Of a DNA stretch of 64,000 nt, positions 37,801 through 48,231 are shown piece after piece. Source of the stretch: an uncultured Candidatus Saccharibacteria bacterium (GTDB taxonomy: Bacteria > Patescibacteriota > Dojkabacteria > J137); the NCBI GenBank assembly GCA_965230975.1, contig OZ246402.1, forward strand, positions 37,771-101,770. The letters are read 5' to 3'. Position 1 is the stretch's first letter; every line of letters begins with the position of its first letter. Position numbers and translations under genes: made by a program. The notes below the pieces were generated by a model. It did not search any database. It was not told the DNA's origin and saw only the letters and a program-made list of their open reading frames with translations.

Positions 37801-40286
37801 GTATCTGAAGTTGGAATATTAAATTCTATTTTTAGAGGAGTTAAACCACTATTTGCAACAATCATTGCTTCTCTTAAAGATGTTTTCCCATTTGGCAATC
37901 CATCTACACCTTCACAACCACCACCAGAATATGCTCCATATCCATCATCAAAGTCACAAGTACTTACATTATCTTCGTCTGTTGTAGAATCTACATATAT
38001 AATAAAGCTACCATCATTTTGCCTAATTGGATTTGCATCTACATATTGAACTTCCATTACCTGTTTAATACCGGATTCTGTTGAATAGTAGTTTTTTGTT
38101 AAAGATACTGCCTGAGTTGCTGTAATATCATCTGTCCAAGGTTCTCCAATTCCTGGATAGTCTTGTGGGTGAGTAGTTGAGTCTGCATCAAAAGAAAATT
38201 CTTGTGATGAGAAGTGGTTTTCTTCAAACTTTATTAGTGTATTTTCAATTCTATTGCCCTCATTATCAAATTTCACCATTGGAATAAAGTTGTAGGCATC
38301 TGTAATATAATATTGAAACCAATCTGGCTCATAATCTTCGTATCCCAATTTACTAATCAAGGTTGAAGTCATCTCGTCTACTCCTGATGAAGAACCGCTT
38401 ACGGGGCAATACCCTGGATCAGTACAATAAACGTTGTAGTTGGTAAATGTTTGAGTTGGCCCTGGGTGCCCATCGTTAGATGATCCACCCCAACCATCGT
38501 AAAGCTCAATCATGTCAGGTGATTGAATTGTTAACTCAAAATTGGAAAGATCTGTTCTTCTTGTTGTGCCACTTAAAAGTTCAAACTCACCATTGGTGTA
38601 AAGACCGATACTTTCATTTAACTGGTATCCGTTGCCATTACCAAAGTAGTTATCTTGATAAATAGTATCAAAATTAGTTGGAGCAGACATTGTTAAAAAT
38701 ATTCCACCACCAAAAGCTTCATCTAACGGATGTGTCCCATTATCTTCAATACAATTTTTTTCTAACCCCTGGCACAAAGATCCAGTAAATGCATTTTGAC
38801 CACCAATTACAGAATTTACACTTAAACTACTGTAATTATCTGCAACAATACCGTTGTACAAATTACCTATTATTTTATTACCTTTAATAGTGCCATTGAA
38901 TCCGCCAATTGAGATTCCTGTCCTATTAATATAATTTTGATCATAACAGTCTGTACAAGTCCAATCTCCAGGTTCAAAAGTTAGCCCAAAGTATGGATCT
39001 GGGTCTGCGTAATCTCCAATATAATTGTTGTATATATTTATATCATCGTACCAATTTGTATCATTGTCTGGATCTGGATTTGAATATCTATAGCCCAATA
39101 CACCCCATATAGTTTTAACAATAGTGTTACTTGATATGGTAACAATTGATTTTGGAACATTTAATCGAATTCCATACCTCGAATTTGCAATCAAATTACC
39201 TTTCCCCTCTGCACCAATAGTTAAAGTTTTATAACCAATATCATCTCCTCCGTAAACATCTGCAATTGCAGCATCTTTTATTTCTAGCGCGTGTACTATG
39301 TTACCGTTAACATCTGTTCCAAAGTAGTTGTTGTAGATTTGATGAACAGCCGTAGTTGCATTTATATTACCTTCAAACCTGACTGCATAAGATATAGTTG
39401 ATGCTATGTAATTTCTTTCGGCAACTGTATCTCCTCCAATAATAGAATTACAATTTGTATGCATAAATATTGCAGTGTGCATTGGTAAAGCAGTAACTCC
39501 ATCTGCTCCAATTCCGATTCTGTTGCCAGAGATCTTGTTTGGATTTGGGTTAGTACACTGATTAATAATCCCGTATTGGGTAGCTGTAATTATATTTCCA
39601 TCAGATGAATCGTTGCCTATAACCACATTGTTTGATTGATTTAATCCAATACCTGTTACACTTGGTTTAGCAACCAATCCTTTGACATCCGTGCCAATGT
39701 AGTTTTTAGTGATTGTTACTCCGTTTGCATTACTTACAATACCTGCACCATATCCATAACTATTTAAAACTAATTTATTAATAGTTCCATTTGTAGATAA
39801 CAAACCAACAATTCCCTGATCTTGAGGCCCAGGGTTTGGAATACCGGATGCGTCGATTTCAATATCTGGACCATAAATATTTCTATCAAAACCTGAATTT
39901 ATTTCTTGGGTTTCTCCATCTATTGTTCCAAATACATAGCCAAGCAAAGTCACAGGTCTTATACTCCAGTAATCGTCACCACCTGTACTATCTCCACTAC
40001 TTGGAGTGTTTGGATCATCATAATCACGGTAACCCGGATCAGAAGTTGGAATATTGAAATAGATATTATCTGCACCAGCTAAATTAGAAGCGGCAGTTAA
40101 AGCTGCTCTTAAAGTACATGTGCCTAATGAAGTTAAACATAAACCATCATTACTTAAATCTGCCTCATCTCCTGTGCTATCAACTGTAAAAGTTGCTGCA
40201 TGTATACTTGATGTCGCTATAAAAAAGAATGCAACAAGTACAAAAATTATTACAATAATATTTTTTAAATTAAATCTAGTCAGCAT
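34821..40286 (-). CDS. Large surface protein: CSLREA/beta-helix modules, Ig/FN3-like domain, C-terminal TMs and carboxypeptidase-regulatory-like domains
   Basis: Signal peptide ending IHA-ATFTVDST; CTLRAAL and TSLREAM motifs; repeated NYIGTD-type turns; C-terminal hydrophobic segments with SDFKGRY. Confidence 0.8.
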   Translation of the reverse strand: MLTRFNLKNIIVIIFVLVAFFFIATSSIHAATFTVDSTGDEADLSNDGLCLTSLGTCTLRAALTAASNLAGADNIYFNIPTSDPGYRDYDDPNTPSSGDSTGGDDYWSIRPVTLLGYVFGTIDGETQEINSGFDRNIYGPDIEIDASGIPNPGPQDQGIVGLLSTNGTINKLVLNSYGYGAGIVSNANGVTITKNYIGTDVKGLVAKPSVTGIGLNQSNNVVIGNDSSDGNIITATQYGIINQCTNPNPNKISGNRIGIGADGVTALPMHTAIFMHTNCNSIIGGDTVAERNYIASTISYAVRFEGNINATTAVHQIYNNYFGTDVNGNIVHALEIKDAAIADVYGGDDIGYKTLTIGAEGKGNLIANSRYGIRLNVPKSIVTISSNTIVKTIWGVLGYRYSNPDPDNDTNWYDDINIYNNYIGDYADPDPYFGLTFEPGDWTCTDCYDQNYINRTGISIGGFNGTIKGNKIIGNLYNGIVADNYSSLSVNSVIGGQNAFTGSLCQGLEKNCIEDNGTHPLDEAFGGGIFLTMSAPTNFDTIYQDNYFGNGNGYQLNESIGLYTNGEFELLSGTTRRTDLSNFELTIQSPDMIELYDGWGGSSNDGHPGPTQTFTNYNVYCTDPGYCPVSGSSSGVDEMTSTLISKLGYEDYEPDWFQYYITDAYNFIPMVKFDNEGNRIENTLIKFEENHFSSQEFSFDADSTTHPQDYPGIGEPWTDDITATQAVSLTKNYYSTESGIKQVMEVQYVDANPIRQNDGSFIIYVDSTTDEDNVSTCDFDDGYGAYSGGGCEGVDGLPNGKTSLREAMIVANSGLTPLKIEFNIPTSDTGYRDYDDANTSSSGDSANGDDYFLITLASSLPDIVSYKEVIIDGATQETNSGNNRNTFGPDILITGAGVATNIFKTLTDTATKDLLDLTINGFILSNTTGELIATNYTYIAADASENVTITNNYFCTDAKGLQLSSDCATHLIDSDTIKGELNISNNLFGWFNSNINNIALRLGSPTATSHIEVINNKFGTNPAGTLLTKAVDGYGIFIESDIGGALLQNNIINTTQGTCIFSRGYVVINNNYCGTDVSGETIFNVSEIYAEGPVTITNNVVARIITLEDGLPLVVSNNTIGANKSKTQKFDLSRFVGSGQTAPTAQNLAAYETWNGVGEFKNNYISSTHNGIYIRNITSPDSIHIQNNTFNNISATGIRMRNITGVKISENIFTNISSGNQSIDLLENNVAGVNTNDSGDADSYASNTIANNGMNSPVIQSITYVGGGKYLLEGVLDNNVNNEGPFDLEICLSNGAIASESNCVDSLFFQENYITQVTGGINPWQAEVTVPGSDGTSIIKFSALATNNAGFTSEFGTNVSIQDVPFEVQTYPITLSSPINSQTLTSGTPLLKWQSSTDPDLKQYAIYINGAFYATVDKTSSQLQIPTTLANGNYTWYVVGVRNNNTESGRSITLSFSISAQNENPVSYVTLSPISEEPKFVSFPISYTSSNSEGLGSENDFSALVNQFLVSIQGTLKVFTANSAELLKQASNVVSPAIPLFGGVVLAVTAIPANSLPQLGALIGAYIQRRKRYFGIVYDLSSKEIIPLASIELVSLEGKIVDRSISDFKGRYSLSIDSEVEYKLVVKAEGYETKEIMVSGMYKNNVLTYDIDLKRNSKGLIKSKQNRRFNLKATGWVFRALKALTIVGFIYSLFVYITSPSLINGLILIVYIVVFIVNIYVFILNKLEKPIVILNTNGIPVKGVVFKVINKDGGVVDAGITNKEGVMKVRLEKGEYNLLTNNNGEVLNQSIKVNARGFVQGKVVLESSNTKSSSIQSNPFS

Positions 40287-42158
40287 TTAATTTCCTAATG
40301 GTTTAGATAAATCTGATATAAATACATCTCCTTCTGAGTTTCTATACTCTAATACTGCAGTTGCAAAATTCACTTTTGGCCCGATAGAATTGGATATGAA
40401 ATAAATCTCTCCTTTGGCATTTTTTGATAATATCGATTCGCCTATTAAACTGCCTTTGGATGTAGCATTAACTTTTATATCAGAACTTAATGTTTCATAA
40501 ATACTAACTTTAAAGTTTGTTATGTCCGCTTCGGAGATAGTTAAATCTAATACTTTGCCATAGATTACATTTTTTCCATCTAAATAACTTACAGAAAAAA
40601 TAACAGGCTCAGGTAAGAATACACTCTCTTGATTAGACCTACTTACTGAAGAGTTGAATTCTAAAGGTTGACTTACAGGAATATCTTCCTCTATATAGTT
40701 AACAGTTTCTAGACTTGCAACTGGTGTAAGGATCTTTTCTACCATTAAACTTCTTAATTCTATTTGATTACTTCCATCTGAATTTATAAATGCCCTAATA
40801 TACAAGTCGTTTCCACCAATCTGTTCTTGGTAAAACTTTAAAAATTGATTGACTTCTTGTACTGTATTACTGCTTGAGTACTCATTAATTGTTTTCTCCC
40901 ACTTTAATTCAGAACCATAGTAGTACCAGTTAATATTATCTGGCGATAGTTGATAAGTTATTGAATTGGGCAGAATTTGACGAGAGGTAATCTCTTCTTG
41001 CGTTAGAACCTTTCTTTTTCCGCTTTGAATATTTATATCTGGTATTGATTCTTCTTTTGTTTGGTTAATACTACTCTCCTCATAAATTGCCAGAAGTTTA
41101 GTATATGGAACTTTTTGGTTAAAGGTTATTAAGACATTACCATATGCTAAATATGAAGTAGTTTCGGTTTGTATGTCTGAATTTATTTGTGAATTTGAAT
41201 CTGATTCAGATTGTTCAGAAACAGGAAAACTTACAACTTCTGCATCTGAGGCATCTTTTTCTATAATTCGAGTTTCTGATAGAACCTTAAATTGAATCTT
41301 TCCGTTATTTAATTCAAGTTTTGACGAGTCAAATTCTGCCTTATTAAAATCAAATGTAAAAGTCGGCTCGTTTGCTGCAAAAATACTTTCGATTCTTATA
41401 GAATTAAAAATTACTATTCCCCCTGCAATAAATAAGAAAAATTGAAATAGTATAAATAATATGGCAATTAAAAAAGCCGCTAATGTGGGGTAGGCTTTGA
41501 CTCTAAATTCTCTGAGATCTGCTCTAGCCTGGACTATATTAGAATCTAGAATTTTTGGTGCGATTAATAATATAGTGCTATAAAGTATACTAGATAACAA
41601 CTGTAAAAATATCCAGTAAATATATAATGGTAACTTTAATAGGATATTAGCTTTAGATATTTTCAACATTAAAATATCTGCTAAATTTGCATATTTAATT
41701 AGGTTACTAATTAATACTTGAAGTAATTTTGTTTTAAAACTACCTTTTTTTGGTTTGTAATCTACTAAAACATTTGTTGTAAGTAATCCCAATTGTTTTA
41801 TAAACTCACTTGTAAAATTAGAGCTCTTTTTATTAATTACAATGTAGTTTGAAGGTAAATCTAATATCTCTTTACTTCCATCATTTAGTATTATTATTTT
41901 TTTATTAATAAACTTTTCGTTGGATAGTAAATATTGGGTAATCTCTCTACCAGAATACTTAGGCAATGTGCTGTCTATTATTATTATGTCGGGGTTGGTA
42001 ACATAAATTAGTCCAAGTCCATCAACACCGTCTTCAGAAGAATATACTTTTAACCTTAAGAATCTATTTTTTAAATCACTCCACAATAAGATTTTTAGGG
42101 AATTCCTAATTAAAGTGTCATCATCTATAATTATGATACTTAAGCTGTCTACATCCAT
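40287..42158 (-). CDS. Receiver (REC) domain membrane protein with large C-terminal extracytoplasmic region
   Basis: IIIIDDD, DGVDGL, PDIIIIDSTLPKYSG; hydrophobic segments near aa 175-200 and 225-250. Confidence 0.75.
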   Translation of the reverse strand: MDVDSLSIIIIDDDTLIRNSLKILLWSDLKNRFLRLKVYSSEDGVDGLGLIYVTNPDIIIIDSTLPKYSGREITQYLLSNEKFINKKIIILNDGSKEILDLPSNYIVINKKSSNFTSEFIKQLGLLTTNVLVDYKPKKGSFKTKLLQVLISNLIKYANLADILMLKISKANILLKLPLYIYWIFLQLLSSILYSTILLIAPKILDSNIVQARADLREFRVKAYPTLAAFLIAILFILFQFFLFIAGGIVIFNSIRIESIFAANEPTFTFDFNKAEFDSSKLELNNGKIQFKVLSETRIIEKDASDAEVVSFPVSEQSESDSNSQINSDIQTETTSYLAYGNVLITFNQKVPYTKLLAIYEESSINQTKEESIPDINIQSGKRKVLTQEEITSRQILPNSITYQLSPDNINWYYYGSELKWEKTINEYSSSNTVQEVNQFLKFYQEQIGGNDLYIRAFINSDGSNQIELRSLMVEKILTPVASLETVNYIEEDIPVSQPLEFNSSVSRSNQESVFLPEPVIFSVSYLDGKNVIYGKVLDLTISEADITNFKVSIYETLSSDIKVNATSKGSLIGESILSKNAKGEIYFISNSIGPKVNFATAVLEYRNSEGDVFISDLSKPLGN

Positions 42159-42264
42159 ATAGTTTTAATAATCCTGACAAAGATGCTATAGAAAATATCT
42201 ATAACTAATTACCATAATATATAAATTACTAAAGGATGTCCAAATAAATTTACATTTGGCTTAA

Positions 42265-43119
42265 CTAGTTGAGTTTTTGCAAGCCCGTAGATGGCATAGA
42301 TATTAGTGTAGGATTTGTTGTATCAAAAATCACCTTGCCTTCATCTATTGCACTTTCTAAAAAGCCCTCCCCCTCTTCGTGCAACATAAATTCGAATTCA
42401 GACTGTGTATAAACCAACGGTTCTATTATTGGTTCTGCTCCACGAGTTATCTCTCTTACATATTTTATTCTTTCAATAAAGTTCATGTCTGTTTCTGCAA
42501 TTACTAAAATATCCATTGTGCTAGATGCAGGTCTTGTCTTTTCTCTTGCAAAGCTTCCAAATAATATTACTTTGCTCACTTTCAATTGAGTATCTTTTTT
42601 TAATATAGATACTACTTGGTTAATTCTTTGTAATATTTCAACCTCAGAGAAGTAAAAGTCCTCTACCTTTATAGTTCTTGCATGCTTTATTAAGTTTTGT
42701 GCCAAGAAGTTATCAATTTGAGTGTATATCTCTTTTGCAACTTTTATGCATGTTTCTGCATCTTCTCTGTGTATCATTTCGTGCGGGGACATATTTCGGT
42801 CTGGGTATACAAACGGGTATCTAGATATAAATGTATATGCCTCTAGTTTTCTAAAGTTCATTTTTACATCAAAAAAGAGTTCGTTTGCATGGTTTGCCAT
42901 GCTTATCAAGACACCCAGTTTGTGAGTCATTGGAGGTCTTTGGCCTGCATGAACCAAAACAGATTTTAGTGCTTTTTCTACAGATTGTACTGATTGATAG
43001 CACGCCCACTCAAAGTAGTTATTACCCAAAGAAAGCTCTGCAGCCTTAATATCAAATTTACTTTGATCTAGCCACACCTTATATCTTTGTCTATCTTTTG
43101 GAAGTTTAACCGTATCCAT
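42265..43119 (-). CDS. HEPN-minimal nucleotidyltransferase (MNT) fusion
   Basis: WACYQSVQSVEKALKS..THKL..SRYP (HEPN); VILFGSFAR..MDILVI..IEPLVYT (MNT). Confidence 0.88.
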   Translation of the reverse strand: MDTVKLPKDRQRYKVWLDQSKFDIKAAELSLGNNYFEWACYQSVQSVEKALKSVLVHAGQRPPMTHKLGVLISMANHANELFFDVKMNFRKLEAYTFISRYPFVYPDRNMSPHEMIHREDAETCIKVAKEIYTQIDNFLAQNLIKHARTIKVEDFYFSEVEILQRINQVVSILKKDTQLKVSKVILFGSFAREKTRPASSTMDILVIAETDMNFIERIKYVREITRGAEPIIEPLVYTQSEFEFMLHEEGEGFLESAIDEGKVIFDTTNPTLISMPSTGLQKLN

Positions 43120-43165
43120 TCCCCTATTGTATAGGAAAATGCATAGGTTTGGAAATTAAATTTAT

Positions 43166-43966
43166 TTAATCTGCAGCTTGTGAATAATTCAACCCTAATA
43201 ATTTATCTATTTGATAAACTAAGCTTCTAGCTACAGACCAATTAATGTCTTGAACCCTTTCTTTTACAGCTAGCAAATTACCGTTGAATTGCCTGGTTAT
43301 TCGATTATCATTTAAAAACTCAATGTATATTAAGATCTCTAGTATCAGTGGTAAAGTTTCCTCAAGGAACTCAGGCTCCAGGTTTAAATTTAATAACGTA
43401 AATGATGCTATCTTATATAAATCTTTACTTTCCCTTAACTTTCTGCATGAAACAAGTAAATCTGATGATTGATACTTTTTACCTAAAGAATAGGCAATCC
43501 TATCCGTATCAAGATCAAAACTTGTACTTAGAGTATTCAATATACCTTGGGCTCTTACGTCTCCCTGAGATTTTTCAAACACCAGAAAATTTTTGACATA
43601 CTCTCCATCTCTCAAACCCATATAATTATTAATTATTCTAAATATGAAAATAGATTTCCAAGCATCATCCTTACTATTATAAGGTTTCAAATCGCCTAAA
43701 AACTCCAGAATTATATCTATAAATAATGCATGCTTATTTTCAGGAATCAGGTTCTCAATTATTAATTGTGCAGTTGCACCATCTGAACTCGGCAATCTAT
43801 TTATAAGTTCAAATAGTAAATTCTTGTAGTTAAATACATCACCAGTTTGAAGTAATTCATTAAGTTGACCTTTTACAATTTTCAAGAAAGATTCCAAGCC
43901 TTTTGATGAGCCTGCGAAGCTATCTATTCTTTCAAATATAATTTGTCTTGAGATTATTGAATTCAT
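43166..43966 (-). CDS. Hypothetical protein
   Basis: Probable start MNSII at 43966, downstream of TGGTATAAT; no motif recognised. Confidence 0.65.
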   Translation of the reverse strand: MNSIISRQIIFERIDSFAGSSKGLESFLKIVKGQLNELLQTGDVFNYKNLLFELINRLPSSDGATAQLIIENLIPENKHALFIDIILEFLGDLKPYNSKDDAWKSIFIFRIINNYMGLRDGEYVKNFLVFEKSQGDVRAQGILNTLSTSFDLDTDRIAYSLGKKYQSSDLLVSCRKLRESKDLYKIASFTLLNLNLEPEFLEETLPLILEILIYIEFLNDNRITRQFNGNLLAVKERVQDINWSVARSLVYQIDKLLGLNYSQAAD

Positions 43967-44040
43967 ACATTTAACTTTACTCCCAATATTATACCATAGT
44001 TGCCAATTTATGGCGACACCACAACGAGGCATGTAGATAC

Positions 44041-44066
44041 AAAAAGAGGGGAGAAATCCCCTCTTT
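44041..44066 (-). terminator. Intrinsic terminator after rpoD
   Basis: AAAGAGGGGA-TTTC-TCCCCTCTTTTT on the minus strand. Confidence 0.85.
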
Positions 44067-44092
44067 GAATAATTACTTTTAAATTATTAAGT

Positions 44093-45364
44093 TTATTCCA
44101 AATAATCTTTTAAAGCTTGTGCAATTTCATCACTCTTCATTCTTCTTAAAGCCTTAGCTTCAATTTGTCTAATTCTTTCTCTTGTAACATTAAACTCGTG
44201 TCCCACCTCTTCTAAAGTTCTTGCTACCCCATCTCTTAACCCAAATCTTAATTCTATTACTTTTCTTTCTCTATCAGATAAAGTAGCTAAAATCTCGTTG
44301 ATTTGTTTTTTTAAGTAAGACCATGTAGCAAGTTCTGATGGAGATGCGGTAAAGTCATCTGAAATAATATCACTTAAAGAACTACCCTCTGCTTCATCAC
44401 TAATAGGTGCTTCTAACGATTGAGGTTTTTGAGCAATCTTAATAATCTCATTAACCTTATCAACAGAAAGCTCCATAGCTTCTGCAATTTCAGGTTTTGT
44501 TGGATTTCTGCCAAGTTTAGATGCTAATTGAGAAGAAACTTTACTTAACTTGTTAATAGTTTCTATCATGTGAACAGGCACTCTAATTGTTCTTGCCTGG
44601 TCCGCAATAGCTCTTGTAATTGCTTGTCTAATCCACCATGTAGCATAAGTAGAAAACTTAAAACCTTTTCGATATTCAAATTTATCTACAGCTCTCATTA
44701 AACCTAAGTTACCCTCTTGAATTAAATCAAGTAAGTCTAACCCTCTTTTTAAGTAGTTTTTTGCAATAGAAACTACCAATCTTAAATTTGCAGTGGTAAG
44801 AAGATTCTTAGCTTCAATACCATCTTTCATTTTTTTGTTCATGTATCTTTTATCTTTTTCTTCAATTCTCTTTTTTGCTGCTTCTATTGTTGGGTGTTTT
44901 TCGATCTTTTTTTCAATAAGCTTTATTGCTTTGCCGTAAACTGGGTCTGCATTTTCAGCTTTTGAAGCTTCTTCTATTGCCTTAACAAATTCTGCTTCTG
45001 AATCTTCGATTCTTTTTGCTAAAATAACTTCTTCTTCTGCGCTTAAAAGTGGAATTCTTCCAATTTCTTGTAAGTATGCCCTAATAGGGTCTGTACTTAT
45101 GTGAGATTTGATTTGTTTTAAAATCAAGATTTTTTCTTCAAAACTCATTCTACTAGATCTGTCATAAGATGGATCAACTGCCTCTGGTTCAATAATTTCC
45201 AAGTCAGAGTCTCCTAAAACAGAAACTATGTATTCTAATAGATGCAAATTCTCCTCTACTTCAGGAAAAAGATCTAAAATGTCGTCATGAGTGACGTATC
45301 CCTGCTTCCTGCCTTGCTCTAGCAAGTTTTTAACCTTTTGCTTATCTTCTGAGGTTATTGACAT
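44093..45364 (-). CDS. rpoD: Primary sigma-70 factor
   Basis: Region 1.1, [52 protein letters not shown]. Confidence 0.97.
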   Translation of the reverse strand: MSITSEDKQKVKNLLEQGRKQGYVTHDDILDLFPEVEENLHLLEYIVSVLGDSDLEIIEPEAVDPSYDRSSRMSFEEKILILKQIKSHISTDPIRAYLQEIGRIPLLSAEEEVILAKRIEDSEAEFVKAIEEASKAENADPVYGKAIKLIEKKIEKHPTIEAAKKRIEEKDKRYMNKKMKDGIEAKNLLTTANLRLVVSIAKNYLKRGLDLLDLIQEGNLGLMRAVDKFEYRKGFKFSTYATWWIRQAITRAIADQARTIRVPVHMIETINKLSKVSSQLASKLGRNPTKPEIAEAMELSVDKVNEIIKIAQKPQSLEAPISDEAEGSSLSDIISDDFTASPSELATWSYLKKQINEILATLSDRERKVIELRFGLRDGVARTLEEVGHEFNVTRERIRQIEAKALRRMKSDEIAQALKDYLE

Positions 45365-45442
45365 TTGGAGAAGTTAACAAATATTATAGAAAAGACGTCT
45401 CATATTTTAACATTTAACTATGGGTTTTAGCCAACTAAATAT

Positions 45443-46294
45443 ATGTATTCATACTCTAAGGACCCAGTTACTCAAATTGAAAACCCAGATTTAATAGAAA
45501 TCTCGATTAATAATCTAGGGAAAAAGAAGAAAACCACCATCTGGTCTATTTTTGGTGGTACTTATTCTTCTTTAAAAACCACATCTCAAAAAACAAAATT
45601 GGCCAAAATTCTAATTCCAGGTTTGTTTATTTTTGCTGGAATCATTTTTATTTACCAAGAATTTTACCCGGATGTTCAGCAAATGATTCAAAACAATTCC
45701 GGTTACTACACACAATCAATCTTATCACCAGTTGATGAACAATATATAAATATTAGCCAATATATTGCAAAACCAGATTTTACAAAACTTACACAGTCTG
45801 CTTTAGGATTAAATATATTAAAGCCAGATCCTACCAGTCTAAATTTCAATGGTACTTTTTATATAAGCATACCCTCTTTAGGTATTAATAAATTGCCGGT
45901 TAAATCAAATGTAGATAGCACAACCGAAAGTTCTTACATGAGTGTATTAGATTATGCATTAGCCCATTTTAAAAATACCGGATTACCTATTTCGGACATA
46001 GGCAACAATATGGTAGTTTACGGACACAGTGCAAGTCCAAATTACAATCCTTCTAAAAACGATCCTATGCTTGCCTTCTCTTTTATACCAGAATTAAAAA
46101 TTGGTGATGAAATTATTATTGAAATAAATAACCAAACTTTTAAATATAAAATGTTCAGAAGTAAAATTGTAAATCCAGATGACACCTCTATAATTACAGG
46201 CACTCAAGGGAAAGGAACACTAACTTTGTTTACATGCTTTCCTCTAGGTTCAAATGCACAAAGGTATGTTGCAGTAGCAAGACCTGTTGATTAA
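45443..46294 (+). CDS. Sortase
   Basis: N-terminal TM; VYGHS, LTLFTC, RYVAVA give the His-Cys-Arg triad. Confidence 0.9.
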   Translation: MYSYSKDPVTQIENPDLIEISINNLGKKKKTTIWSIFGGTYSSLKTTSQKTKLAKILIPGLFIFAGIIFIYQEFYPDVQQMIQNNSGYYTQSILSPVDEQYINISQYIAKPDFTKLTQSALGLNILKPDPTSLNFNGTFYISIPSLGINKLPVKSNVDSTTESSYMSVLDYALAHFKNTGLPISDIGNNMVVYGHSASPNYNPSKNDPMLAFSFIPELKIGDEIIIEINNQTFKYKMFRSKIVNPDDTSIITGTQGKGTLTLFTCFPLGSNAQRYVAVARPVD

Positions 46295-46340
46295 AACCCG
46301 TGTGATTAATACTTTTGTTAAATTATAAGCAATTAGAAAA

Positions 46341-47558
46341 TTATTCTTGATCTTCTTCCGAATTTAATACACTATCCTCTTCTCTTGGCTTTCTTCTTAA
46401 AAAGCTTGGCAAAGAATCTAAATCCTCATCTTCTGTTTGAGGTGCATTACTTCTACCAAAGCTTCCAAAAATACCACCTTGTCTTTGCTGAGGCTGAGGT
46501 GCACTTTGTTGTGGAGATTGTGTTAAAGGTCGTCTATTCATTAAATCTTCTAATTGTTGAGTTACTCCACCGGTTTTACCAGCGTTCATATCAACCAAAG
46601 AGTTGTAATCTGGCTCAAACCCTGTTGCAATAACTGTAATTTCCATATCCTCGTAAGATGGATCAATACTTGCTCCAAAAATGAATGTTGCATCTGGAGA
46701 TACTCTGTCTTTAATAATTTCTGCAGCTTTGCTAACTTCATCAAGAGCTAAATCTTTACCTCCGATTACGTTAAATAACACACCCTTTGCTCCATCTATA
46801 GATATTTCTAACAATGGACTTTCAGTAGCCATTTTTGCTGCATCTATTGCTCTATTTTCACCATTAGCTTTTCCAATACCCATAAGCGCAGCACCGCCGT
46901 TGTCCATTACAGATCTAACATCTGCAAAGTCAACGTTAATAATTCCAGGTTGAGTTATTAGGTTAGAAATACTTTTTACAGCCTGAGCTAAAACATCATC
47001 TGCCTTTTTCATTGCATCTATAAAAGATACATTCTTTTCTAAAATATCTAAAAGTCTTTGATTTGGCACAACAATTAATGTGTCTACTTTATCTCTTAAT
47101 TCATCTATTCCTTTTAATGCAGAATCCATTCTTTTTTTCATTTCAAAATGAAATGGTTTTGTTACTACACCAACTGTTAATGCACCTAAGTTTTTTGCTA
47201 TACCTGCAACAATTGGAGCCGCACCTGTTCCTGTTCCACCACCCATGCCTGCTGTAATAAATACCATATCTGCACCTGCCAAAACTTCGTGAATTTGATC
47301 TACACTTTCTTCTGCAGCTTTTCTACCAATTACTGGGTTTCCACCACTTCCTAAACCTCTGGTGATTTGTTCTCCTATTCTTAGTTTAATATCTGCTTTA
47401 GAATTCATTAATGCTTGCGCATCTGTGTTTATTGCAATAAATTCTACATCTTGAATATTGTATTCAGAAATCATTGTGTTTAGGGCATTACCACCACCAC
47501 CACCAACTCCTACTACTTTTATTTTTGCGGATAACGCTGCCTGAGGTTTAACTAACAT
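46341..47558 (-). CDS. ftsZ: Cell division protein FtsZ
   Basis: [26 protein letters not shown]-terminal LPSFLRR. Confidence 0.98.
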   Translation of the reverse strand: MLVKPQAALSAKIKVVGVGGGGGNALNTMISEYNIQDVEFIAINTDAQALMNSKADIKLRIGEQITRGLGSGGNPVIGRKAAEESVDQIHEVLAGADMVFITAGMGGGTGTGAAPIVAGIAKNLGALTVGVVTKPFHFEMKKRMDSALKGIDELRDKVDTLIVVPNQRLLDILEKNVSFIDAMKKADDVLAQAVKSISNLITQPGIINVDFADVRSVMDNGGAALMGIGKANGENRAIDAAKMATESPLLEISIDGAKGVLFNVIGGKDLALDEVSKAAEIIKDRVSPDATFIFGASIDPSYEDMEITVIATGFEPDYNSLVDMNAGKTGGVTQQLEDLMNRRPLTQSPQQSAPQPQQRQGGIFGSFGRSNAPQTEDEDLDSLPSFLRRKPREEDSVLNSEEDQE

Positions 47559-47724
47559 ATCTTTAATTTAAAAATTTATCAGATCGGGGTAACAACCCTC
47601 GAAATATATTGATGTATTTATACTAAGCTAGAATACGAGTTTTTGCAAGTATTCGATTATCAGAATTAGGATTTTCTGAGTAACTTAATTACACAGGATG
47701 AGAACATTTGAGTAATATAGTTAC

Positions 47725-48147
47725 TCAGGGCTCTTCTGTAGTAATAGGCTTCACTTCATCTTCAATCTCCGGAATTTCTTCAGTAAAAAACATAGTCGGA
47801 TTATCTTCAAGACCATAATCTTCTTTTACTAAATCGGCCAACCACACCAAAGAGGCAGAATTATAGTTATGAATAAAGTATCTGACCTCATTTCCATTAG
47901 GTAATATAACCGACAAGTTCTTTTCTTCAACACGATGCTCCCTTATCCTAGGATTCTCATCGTACACCCTGTACCTAACTCCTGACTTATCTTCACCAAA
48001 TGCTAATATTACGGCAGTCTTGTTTTGCATAGCGTAAGTAGTGGCAAACTGTAATCTTGAGTATGTATTTTTTACGTCAACACCTTCGGCAACAGCAGTT
48101 TCCCAAATATTAGAATATCCTTCTAATTGTGTTAAATCTTCTATCAT
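47725..48147 (-). CDS. Hypothetical protein between ftsA and ftsZ
   Basis: Probable ATG at 48147 (MIEDLTQ); no motif recognised. Confidence 0.6.
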   Translation of the reverse strand: MIEDLTQLEGYSNIWETAVAEGVDVKNTYSRLQFATTYAMQNKTAVILAFGEDKSGVRYRVYDENPRIREHRVEEKNLSVILPNGNEVRYFIHNYNSASLVWLADLVKEDYGLEDNPTMFFTEEIPEIEDEVKPITTEEP

Positions 48148-48231
48148 AGAACAAAAATGAAATTTATACGCGGATAATAGCACTGAGACTTAGCAGCTTC
48201 AATTATGTTTTAGCAAGAAATTTATATAGGA

